A stretch of DNA of 64,000 nucleotides from Schmidtea polychroa (taxonomy: Eukaryota): assembly GCA_044892525.1 (NCBI GenBank), contig CM097885.1, forward strand, positions 14,014,001 through 14,078,000. The letters run 5' to 3'. The position numbers and the translations under genes were made by a program. Of this stretch, positions 41,821-51,197 are shown piece by piece. Position 1 is the stretch's first letter. Every line of letters starts with the position of its first letter. The notes beneath the pieces are model-generated. The model was not told where the DNA came from. It saw only the letters and a program-made list of their open reading frames with translations, and ran no database searches.

Positions 41821-44800
41821 ATGCCTCTAGATGTAAAAATTGAAACCTCATATAAATATTTATTTTCTACAAAAGCAGGAAATAAACTTGTTAATGATAT
41901 AGCTAAAGAATTGGAAGAAAAACAAGAACAGGTGGAACAAGAACTAGGAGAATCTAATTTAAGATTCCACTCTTTTCAAAATATAGAGATTGAATACTGG
42001 AGAGGCGCACCACCAAATCCTAAATCTTTTATTCACACACCATTCCCCTCCAACCATGTTATAAATGTACAGAATAAAGATAATAAATGTTTTCAATGGT
42101 CAATACTTGCACACTTACATCCTCAAGCAACTAACCCACAGAGAGTTCAAAAATATGAAGAATATGAATCTGAATTAATTTATCCAAAAGATTTTTCCCA
42201 CCCAATGAAAATTGAAGATGTTCCAGCATTTGAAAAATTAAATAATCTTAAAATTAATATTTATCAATTCATTCCAACCAAAATTACAAAAACTAGAAAA
42301 AATAAAAATTATAAACACATTATTCCTATTTACATTTCTAACATGGAAATCTCAGATGAAAAGAGAGAAGTAGATCTTTTAATATTAGAAGAAGGTAAAC
42401 CAGATGAAGACTTTGATGGAGAAGAATATGGTGAAGAGGTTCAAAGCGTTCACCCGAGGAGAGAAGCAGAAGAAGGCATTTCATTAGAACCAGAAGCAGA
42501 AAGCACTGCGTCTGGAGGCACTATGTTAGATAAAAAACTTCATTATATCTTAATAAAGAATTTTCAAAGTTTTATGAAAGGAAACACACTCATTCGTGGA
42601 GGCATATGTTGTAAAAGATGTTTATATCATTCAAGTTCAAAACTTGCTGCTATTAAACATGAGAGACTCTGTTGTAAGAATCAACCTGCTTTAATAAAAA
42701 TGCCACACAAGAAAAATGCTAATATGAGGTTTAAAAACTATTCCAATCTATTAGAAGCATTGGGAGTGGTTTATTGTGATTTTGAAGCTATAAATGTAAA
42801 ACTAAGACGAACAAAAACTAATACTGTAAAACTAACAAAACAATTACTCTCTGCTTATAAAATGTTTTTTAAAAGTAATTATCCAGAACTTGTAGAATCT
42901 AGAGAATATTCATTTAGAGGAACTTCTGACAAAGAGACTCTAGATCATTTTGTTAAAACTTTAAATAATCTAGAACATGAATTATATATAATATTAAAAT
43001 CCAACTTTCCTATGAATTTTTCAGAAGAACAAGAGGAAGAATATAAAAATGCAACACACTGCTGGATGTGTAAACAAGAGTTTGATATTCAGGAGGAGGA
43101 GGATGAGGAGCCAAAGGTTGCAGACCATGATCATTTTAAAAGAGAAAATAATTACAGAGGAGCAGCCCATAAAAAATGTAATCTCAATTGTAAAAAACCA
43201 ACACACATACCATTTATATTTCACAATCTTTTTGGCTATGATATTCACCTATTCATTAAGCATCTGGCCGCAAATGCTAAAAACTCTTTCAAGGTTATTG
43301 GACTTACAAAAGAAAAATATAAAAGCATTCAATATGGATGCTTTAAGTTTTTGGACTCGTTAAATTTCTTAGGGATGTCTTTGGATGGGATTGCTAAAAC
43401 TATGAACCCTGAGGATTTTAAATATACAAAAGAACATGTGTTATTAAAAAACAATATTCCATTAGAGGAATATAATACCTGTCTAGCAAAAGGAATCTAT
43501 CCATATGATTATATAGACTCCTTTGAAAAATATAATGAATTACTCCCACCCCAAGAAGATTTCTTTTCTGTTTTAACACAATCAGGGATTTCTGATCAGG
43601 AATATTCCCGTGCAGTTAAAATGTGGAATCTATTCAACTGTAGAAACCTTGGAGAATATACTGACATGTATCTTTCCTTGGATGTTTATATCTTAGCTGA
43701 TTGCTTCGAGACATTTTCAAAAGCTTTTGAATTAAAACCTTATAATTATATAACCGCTCCCTCTCTAGCTTGGGATATATTATTATATACCATATGGACT
43801 GATGAAGATGTAGCAGTAAGAAATAAAACTATTGAATTATTAGTTGAGCTTGATATGTTTAATGTATATAAACATAATATTAGAGGAGATATTTCTTCAG
43901 TACAAGGGAATAGAGAAATAAATGCTAATAATTTTACAACTCTTTATCCTAAATTTTTCAAAGATCCTGATGCTCTATATGTAGAAATAACAAACCCAGA
44001 AGATAGTAAGGAAATAATGGAAGGTCTTTCTAATCCTTCTGAAATAATGTATATAGATGCAACAGCTTTATATGCGGGAGTAATGACTCAATACCTTCCA
44101 ATTGGCAAGTTCACCTGGAAAGAACCCACTGAGGAATTAATACAAGAAATTCTAAAAACACCAAAAGATTCTCAATTTGGATATGTTGTAGAATGTGATC
44201 TTGAATATCCCAATGAAATAAAATCCAGAACTAGATATTTTCCATTTGCTCCTGTAAGAAGAAAGATCTCTCCTGAAGAACTATCAGATTGGCAGATTGC
44301 TCAGAATAGAACACCATGTATAAAACTTTTATGTGATCAAACAGATAAAACTGATTATCTTTGTCATTATAGACTCCTCCAGTTTTATCTCTCACATGGA
44401 ATGGTTTTAAAAAAAGTACATTCTATAATTAAATTCCGACAAGCTCCTTTTATGAAAAAAATTCATCGAGGGAAATATCTTAAAAAGAAATGCAGCAAAG
44501 AGAGCTGGAAATGCTTTTCTTGATATGATTTATAAACTTTTAAACAATGCAGTCTTTGGAAAGACAATGGAGAATATTGATAAATATACTCGTGTAGAGC
44601 TCTTAACCAATACAACAAAAGATATTAATAAATATAATCGAATAATTGGAAAGCCTACATTTAAAAATGCAGAGATATTCTCTAGTAACCTTATAGCTAT
44701 AGAGATTAAAAACTCTGTAAAAACTTATAATAAACCAATCTTTATAGGTTTTTCAATTTTAGAACTTTCAAAGCTTCAAATGTATGAGACCTACTATGAT

Positions 44801-45661
44801 GTTCTAGTACCCCATTTTGGAGATCGAATATCCATGCATGCTATGGACACTGATAGTATGTTTTTAAAAGGTCATAGTAAAGATTTAAAAAAGGAAATAA
44901 GTGAAAACGAAACCTTAAATAAATTAATAAACAACTCTGGAGAATTATTTACTTTTAAAGATGAAAAACCAAATACTCCAATAAGTGGAGGAGTGTTTAT
45001 TAGACCTAAACAATATTCTCTTGAAATGAAAGACAAACCAATTATGAAAGAGCATACAATAAAATTTATAATAGGGGAGGGAGAAGGATCTGTTGAAATA
45101 GATCACACATTTGAATATCCTTCATTCCCTGAAAACCCGAAAAGCTATAAAGAAAATAAAAGTAAAGGAATTCAAAAATCAGTGTCAAAAACCTTCACAC
45201 ATCAAGAGTATAAAGATTCATTAAATATAAATTATAAAAATAAAATTGCTAAAACGCATCATCTTAAATCAGAGAAACATAATATATATCTTGAAGAGTG
45301 TAACAAGATTGCTATAACAAATTATGATGATAAAAGATTTATACTTTCTGACTTGAAGACAACATTACCTATTGGAAATGATTTAATCCCTATAATAAAA
45401 AATCTTGATAAAATAAATGAAATTTATAACCTAGAGATTACAGACCTTCAACTTGCTAAAGTAGAAATCCAATATCCTGAAATATTAATTCCTAAACCTT
45501 TATATAATCAAGTTCAAAATATAAAACCTATAGAACTTAAATATTTTAATACTGATCCTGAATATATCCAAGGACTAACACCAGAAGACTTTAAATCACA
45601 TAAATTAATGTTAAAAAGCATTACTGCAGAAATAATTATAAATCAATTACGACTGGTCTAA
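41821..45661 (+). CDS. polB: Protein-primed family B DNA polymerase, split by one extra A in the A7 run at 44455-44461
   Basis: NKDNKCFQW, Exo YCDFE / HNLFGYD / FLDS, KGIYPYDY, YIDATALY, KLLNNAVFGKT, DTDS, KQY, DDKR. Removing one A gives ...MKKFIEGNILKR...MIYKLLNN. Confidence 0.93.
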
Positions 45662-45685
45662 GAATTAGAATTTTAACACTATAAA

Positions 45686-46240
45686 ATGATGGAAACTAAA
45701 AATCAAGAAAATAACATTTTTGAAATTATAAAAAATATTACTAATTTAAAGGATAACAGATGTAAAGGAATACAGAGAGTGGTTGCAAAGAATCTTTCTC
45801 ATCAAGATTATATAGATACATTGAATCCAAATCATAAAGATAAAATTGATGAAATACATCAACTTAAAAGTGAAAACCATGATATTCACTTGATAGAATC
45901 TCAAAAAATATCATTATCAAATTATGATGATAAGAGATTCATACTAAGTGATTTAAAGACAACTCTACCTATTGGAAATAATTTAATCCCTATAATAAAA
46001 AATCTAGAAAAGTTGAATAAGTTATATGATACAAAGATTACTGATCTTGATATTTATAATGTTGAAATTATTTATCCCGAGAGAGAAATCGAGAAACCTT
46101 TATATTCTCAAGTTTTTAATCCTATATGTTTAGAACTTAAATATTTTAATACTGATCCTGAATATATAAAAGGTCTAAGTGATAAAGAATTTAAAGATCA
46201 TAAATTAATGATTCATAGGTTGGCTTTCAACCATAACTGA
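45686..46240 (+). CDS. Stand-alone paralogue of the pPolB C-terminal ~160 aa
   Basis: Shares KGIQ, HxLKSE, NYDDKRFILSDLKTTLPIGNxLIPIIKNL and ELKYFNTDPEYI with the upstream polymerase end. Confidence 0.85.
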   Translation: MMETKNQENNIFEIIKNITNLKDNRCKGIQRVVAKNLSHQDYIDTLNPNHKDKIDEIHQLKSENHDIHLIESQKISLSNYDDKRFILSDLKTTLPIGNNLIPIIKNLEKLNKLYDTKITDLDIYNVEIIYPEREIEKPLYSQVFNPICLELKYFNTDPEYIKGLSDKEFKDHKLMIHRLAFNHN

Positions 46241-46334
46241 AACCAACGATATTTAATTTTTTAATAATAAAATGTCGACAATTAATTTAAGCAACTATAG
46301 CAACCTGATCTACTTTTTTAAAAATACACCCATT

Positions 46335-46931
46335 TTATAAGTAAGAATTCTTTAACCATTTTTCTCGAGATGTTTTTTTATTACTTATAACATTAGCCAC
46401 CATACCCTCCCTTTTTAATCTTATAACCTCATTCTTTATATCTTGTATTATTTGATTTGATTTCATTATTTCTTCGTCTGTCAGGATTCCATCTTCCAAA
46501 GCTTTTAATTGAAATAAAAATAATTTAGAGATTCCTAATTCTATTGATAAACAAACTTCTCTATATAAACTTTTCTTTTTAGAAGTATAAGATAATGAAA
46601 CTATTTCAGTTAAGAAACCATCAGCCACAGAAATACTTCCAAGTATTACAGGTGCAAGAGTAACAACTGGTAAAGTTATGGGTAAAATAACTGTTAATAT
46701 TGCAGATGCAAATCCTAAAGAATAACCTATAACTTTTAAAACTGTATTCCCTTTATTCCATCTATTTTTAATTTTTTTATAATGCTTTAATAAATCTTGT
46801 AAATGTAAGGTTTCTGATTTAAATTCTTTTACTCTCATAATTTCAAGTTCTGTGGGAGCCGAGGCCTTGGAAGAATAATATCCTGATGATCTCAATTCTG
46901 GGTAAATTTTTTCTTCTCTTACTTCTTCCAT
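46335..46931 (-). CDS. Polinton membrane protein (PW/GasderminX-like)
   Basis: N-terminal IYPEL...ASAP, central double hydrophobic segment, ALEDGILTDEE motif; the family assignment is from recall. Confidence 0.65.
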   Translation of the reverse strand: MEEVREEKIYPELRSSGYYSSKASAPTELEIMRVKEFKSETLHLQDLLKHYKKIKNRWNKGNTVLKVIGYSLGFASAILTVILPITLPVVTLAPVILGSISVADGFLTEIVSLSYTSKKKSLYREVCLSIELGISKLFLFQLKALEDGILTDEEIMKSNQIIQDIKNEVIRLKREGMVANVISNKKTSREKWLKNSYL

Positions 46932-46939
46932 TTTAATAA

Positions 46940-47587
46940 TTAAAAAAATAAGACTTTATTCTTCTGAGCACCATCTGGTACCAATACTCGGATATCAAAA
47001 GAAACTCTTGTTGAAAGGATGTCTTTATACAATTCTCTCAATGCTTTACGAACTTCATCAACATCAACCTTTTTTTCATAAAATATTAAATCTATATATT
47101 GTACAAGTGAACTAGAAAAATGAATATTCTTACTTTTAACTTTATGTAGTCCATGTGAATGAGTATTAACATACCAATCTTCGTGTGGTAAATCATAACT
47201 AGTCATTATAACATCACCCTTTTCAAGCTTACTATTATAATCACATTTCACAAACCATTTCATTCTTTCATTATCATCATCAAACAAAAAGAAATAAGGA
47301 TCAATAATTTTTACAACCATAAAAACACCCCATTCTTTACTGTTTGTTGTTATTAAACTTGGTTCTATAAAATGTTTATATGTATGGGGTAATAATGTTT
47401 TATTCTGTTCTAATTCAGCAGCTCTTTTTCTAATACTATGTGTGGTGTTAATGTGTGTTCCATGAGACTCTAAATTTGAAATTCTTTTATTAAATGATGT
47501 AATCATCTCATTTATTATATTATATATTGCATTAAATTTTATGGAATATAAGAACTCATTTATTAATAATTTAAAATGAATCTTCAA
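46940..47587 (-). CDS. Hypothetical protein (heptad coil, RKR site); candidate fibre/spike
   Basis: Intact 215-aa ORF overlapping the penton stop (ATGA). Confidence 0.6.
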   Translation of the reverse strand: MKIHFKLLINEFLYSIKFNAIYNIINEMITSFNKRISNLESHGTHINTTHSIRKRAAELEQNKTLLPHTYKHFIEPSLITTNSKEWGVFMVVKIIDPYFFLFDDDNERMKWFVKCDYNSKLEKGDVIMTSYDLPHEDWYVNTHSHGLHKVKSKNIHFSSSLVQYIDLIFYEKKVDVDEVRKALRELYKDILSTRVSFDIRVLVPDGAQKNKVLFF

Positions 47588-48348
47588 ACCTGTTTCAAAT
47601 GTAAATACATTGAAATCTCTTCTCCATTAAAATCAATCAATTCTCCTTCTTGATTAAGAATTTTAAAATTAATATCCATTATATATTTTCTACATAAAGG
47701 TAAATAATTTGGAGGATTCATTCTTTCAACTATTTTATATCCCATAGGAACTGTGTTTGAGGGAAAGGAATATAAAACATTTGTTTGTTTACCATTATTA
47801 TAAGAACCTGTTATACAATCGCAATGAATATTTATTGTGTTTGTATTTATTATTTTTATAATATGTTCTGATGTTATTATTTTATCTTCTTTTATTGTTA
47901 TATCCATAGGTTTAAATCCTAAAACTGTGTGAAAGAAACAATTATCTAAAAAACTAATTTTTATATTCTTCAAAGTCATTACACATTTTGAAGTTGGTAT
48001 ATCCATTTTAATTTTAATACCTTCATTTGTTTTTTTAGAAAGTATATCATTTAAATCTTTTATCTCATATGCCCCAGGTTCTATTGTTATAATTTCTGGT
48101 TTATGCCCATCACGAGTTTGAATAGTAAATTTATTATTATCTTTAGTTATATTAAAAATAGTATTATAAGCACAAAACCATAATAGCCCCAATTCATAAT
48201 TTAAATTTTGATCTAATTTAATTGAATCTTGAAAGTTTATAGTAAACTCTGATTCTTTTGAATTTATAGATAAAGTTCTTGAATATTTATCTGACATTAT
48301 GTTTACCATTTTTTTTAAATTATCTTCCGGAGGGTTGTGAAGCTTCAT
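47584..48348 (-). CDS. Minor capsid protein (penton, single jelly roll)
   Basis: YELGL, IEPGAYEI, INIHCDCI.GSY.NG, YLPL...I.FKILNQEGELIDFNGE...LHLK. Confidence 0.85.
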   Translation of the reverse strand: MKLHNPPEDNLKKMVNIMSDKYSRTLSINSKESEFTINFQDSIKLDQNLNYELGLLWFCAYNTIFNITKDNNKFTIQTRDGHKPEIITIEPGAYEIKDLNDILSKKTNEGIKIKMDIPTSKCVMTLKNIKISFLDNCFFHTVLGFKPMDITIKEDKIITSEHIIKIINTNTINIHCDCITGSYNNGKQTNVLYSFPSNTVPMGYKIVERMNPPNYLPLCRKYIMDINFKILNQEGELIDFNGEEISMYLHLKQV

Positions 48349-48396
48349 TTCTTTAGTAGTAAATTCATATAGTAAAAATCCTTATAGTAAAAATCC

Positions 48397-48861
48397 TTAT
48401 AGTAGAGATTCTAGATCATTATAAATTTCTTGAATTATAGATTCAAAATCCTGCGTATGCCCCTTTCCCTCTCCCTTATTCAATCTATACAAAACATATA
48501 AACTTAAAATACCACATATTTTAGTATTCAAAGGTTGAACTTGTAAAGAGTTAAAAGTATAACCATTTGGGGAATCAATCGGAGAACCCCTCAAGAGATA
48601 ATCTTCAACTTCTTTAGTAGGTTTAATCCCAAAAGAATCAAAGTAGATAGATTTCTTATATATACAAACCCAATGAGATCCTTTTTCATTTGAATTTTGA
48701 TAATTGATTATTATATTCAGGGGACTCTCCAGACTTGATAATTCATCATTCATTAATATTTTAATTTTTAAATTTAAATAATTTGCATAATCTTTTAAAT
48801 CAAAATTTGTTTTTGCATTTATTCCAAATGTTTTTAAAAAATCTAATATTGAAGGAGTCAT
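48397..48861 (-). CDS. Adenain-like cysteine protease
   Basis: GSHWV, YFDSFG, Q....ICG catalytic His-Asp-Gln-Cys pattern. Confidence 0.92.
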   Translation of the reverse strand: MTPSILDFLKTFGINAKTNFDLKDYANYLNLKIKILMNDELSSLESPLNIIINYQNSNEKGSHWVCIYKKSIYFDSFGIKPTKEVEDYLLRGSPIDSPNGYTFNSLQVQPLNTKICGILSLYVLYRLNKGEGKGHTQDFESIIQEIYNDLESLL

Positions 48862-48883
48862 TTTGTATTTTAAAACTTCGTAT

Positions 48884-49777
48884 TTATAACTTCGTATACT
48901 TATTAAATTTATCTTTTGAAATTATTCCTTGTTTTAACAAATCTTTAGAAATCTTTAAAATATCAGAATCTAAATTATTATGTCCTGCTTTCCTTGCAGC
49001 TAATAGTTTTCTTAATTCAATAAAAAGATTGATGGGATTTGGTTTACCACCTTCACTAATTAATCCCTCTCCCTCTGTAACAACATAACCCTTTTCATTT
49101 TTATTTAAATAATTCTTTAAATCTTGAATATATTTTGCTTTAGAACTAGCTCTTATTAATCTTATTAAATTTAAATATTTTTTAATTTCTTCAACATCAT
49201 CTGAAGAATATCCACAAAGTAATCTATAAAAATCATCTGTAAATTCAAAGTCTAAATATTCATTATTATAAACATTTTGTGAATGAATACGTGATTTATT
49301 TTCTGAATTTGAATATAAAGTAAAGTTTTGTTTATTAATTGTTATTATTTGATATCCTTCAGTATTAGTATTAAATGTGGGTCTAATTGAAGGAGGTAAA
49401 TCATCTCTAATTTTAGGATCAACTTTAAGAGCTTTTGTTTTTAAAAACATTTCTTCTTCTTCCACATTAGAAATTCTTCTGCGTTTTCTTTGATTTCTTT
49501 CAGAATGACTTTCAGAATGGTTTTCACTGGATTCTTTTTCTTTATCCTGCCACTCTAGTTCTTTTATTTTTTGTTTTTTATCTTCTAACTCTTTAAATTT
49601 TGCTTGCTCATTGAAATCTTCCAACTCTTTTATAGCTTTAATTGTTGGCCCCTGTTGTTGTGTTATTACCTCATTTAATATTATAGATTCAGCATGTTGA
49701 GTTGTATCTTTTTTATTATATTTATCTTGTTCTGATTGTAATTTTTTTAAAAGTGCTAATCTTTCTTCATATACCAT
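48884..49777 (-). CDS. Polinton protein of unknown function
   Basis: Intact 297-aa ORF with a basic NLS-like RKRRR, GEGL and a C-terminal LLAARKAGHN...LLKQGII helical motif. Confidence 0.7.
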   Translation of the reverse strand: MVYEERLALLKKLQSEQDKYNKKDTTQHAESIILNEVITQQQGPTIKAIKELEDFNEQAKFKELEDKKQKIKELEWQDKEKESSENHSESHSERNQRKRRRISNVEEEEMFLKTKALKVDPKIRDDLPPSIRPTFNTNTEGYQIITINKQNFTLYSNSENKSRIHSQNVYNNEYLDFEFTDDFYRLLCGYSSDDVEEIKKYLNLIRLIRASSKAKYIQDLKNYLNKNEKGYVVTEGEGLISEGGKPNPINLFIELRKLLAARKAGHNNLDSDILKISKDLLKQGIISKDKFNKYTKL

Positions 49778-49799
49778 TTTAATGGTATCAAAAATGGTA

Positions 49800-50378
49800 T
49801 CATAGTTCGAAGGGCTTCAAGTATAATCCTTTACCATTTTTAGTTTTACAAAGGCATCCATTCTTTAAAGATTTACATATTTTTTTTAAATCTTCTTTAT
49901 CTTTTGAAGATAAAGATTCAGATGTAGAAATTTGATTTTTTAAAAAATCATTTAAACCTCTACCTTTATAAGGATCAAGATAGAGACCTTTGCCCTGAGA
50001 CTTTTGCCGACTCCCCTCATATGGATTAAGATAGAGACCCTTTCCAACGGACACTCCCCCTTTAGCTTGCCCTACCTTCTTCATTGAATCGATTTCAGTT
50101 TGTAGTTTTTCTTTTTCTAGGTCTGTCTTTTGAGATTCTTTAGCTTTTTGAACTGTAGTTGCAATTCCTCCAGCTATTCCAGCAGCACCTGATAAACCAG
50201 CAATGATTGCAGGTATTAAAGCAGCTAATGGAAGAATGCCACCTTCTTTAGCTTCGTGGAGCTTCGCTCTAACTTGTTCTTTTACATGTTTTCCAATAAA
50301 ATATTTTTTACCATCAATTACTACTGATTTATTTTTATTTGAATTTATTAATTCTTGCAAAGATTCTTCAGTTGTCAT
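49800..50378 (-). CDS. Core/membrane-active virion protein (adenovirus pX/mu-like)
   Basis: EGGILPLAALIPAIIAGL resembles adenovirus pX GGILPLLIP; three GKGLYLxP repeats; likely start is MTTEE with AAAATG context. Confidence 0.7.
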   Translation of the reverse strand: MTTEESLQELINSNKNKSVVIDGKKYFIGKHVKEQVRAKLHEAKEGGILPLAALIPAIIAGLSGAAGIAGGIATTVQKAKESQKTDLEKEKLQTEIDSMKKVGQAKGGVSVGKGLYLNPYEGSRQKSQGKGLYLDPYKGRGLNDFLKNQISTSESLSSKDKEDLKKICKSLKNGCLCKTKNGKGLYLKPFEL

Positions 50379-50394
50379 TTTATAATAAATAAAA

Positions 50395-51186
50395 ATGGAT
50401 ACTTGGAAACCAATTTTAAATAGACATAAGAGTAAATTCAATAATAAATTATTTCCTGATAATTTTAGATTATTAATTGTTGGTTCTTCTGGATGTGGAA
50501 AGAATGTACTTGTTTTGAGAATGTTACTTGAAGATGATTTTTTAGATTATAATAATTTAATCTTTTATTCTACAACCATAAATCAACCAGAATTACAAAT
50601 TTTGAAATGTGGATTTGAAAATAAATTAACTAAAAAAGCAATAATTGATATTTTTAAAAATCAACATAGGTGTCCTGAAGAAGTTTTTCAACCTTGTGAT
50701 ATGGTTGATTGGTATAAGGAAAAGATTTTAGAATCAGATATTAGTAATAAAAATGATTATATTTGTGAAGAAGGGCAGGAGGCAATTCAAGTTTTATTCT
50801 CTAATAAACCTGAAGATGTTTTACATTGTGATTTACTTCCTAAAGATAAAAAGAATCTAGTTATATTTGATGATGTTGTTAATATGAAAAATCAAGAGAT
50901 TCAAAAGAGTTACTTTACACGAGGTCGACATAATAATTGTAATGTTATTTATATATCTCAAACATATTATGCTTTAGATAAAAATTCAATAAGAAATAAT
51001 TCCAATTGTTTTATATTTTTTAAATTAGATCGCCGTGATAAGAATATGATTTATAATGATTTATTTTCAAATGTTGAACCTGATAAGAATATGTTTGATA
51101 TGTTTGTTGATAATCATTGGAAAGAGAAATATAATTATATTTATTTGGATAGAGAAGAAGCTGAAATATGGAAAAGTTTGTTTTAG
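50395..51186 (+). CDS. A32/FtsK-like DNA packaging ATPase
   Basis: Walker A GSSGCGKN, Walker B LVIFDD, RGRHNN...ISQ, IRNN. Confidence 0.92.
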   Translation: MDTWKPILNRHKSKFNNKLFPDNFRLLIVGSSGCGKNVLVLRMLLEDDFLDYNNLIFYSTTINQPELQILKCGFENKLTKKAIIDIFKNQHRCPEEVFQPCDMVDWYKEKILESDISNKNDYICEEGQEAIQVLFSNKPEDVLHCDLLPKDKKNLVIFDDVVNMKNQEIQKSYFTRGRHNNCNVIYISQTYYALDKNSIRNNSNCFIFFKLDRRDKNMIYNDLFSNVEPDKNMFDMFVDNHWKEKYNYIYLDREEAEIWKSLF

Positions 51187-51197
51187 GGCTTGTCGAC

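Noticed and set aside
43021..43363. Overlapping alternative-frame ORFs within polB (and similar ones within the integrase and MCP genes)
   Set aside because: Shadow ORFs without motifs, as expected by chance.
48886..48898. ATAACTTCGTATA, identical to one loxP 13-bp arm
   Set aside because: There is no second inverted arm 8 bp away, and it lies in the 3' end of an ORF in AT-rich DNA, so it is a chance match.
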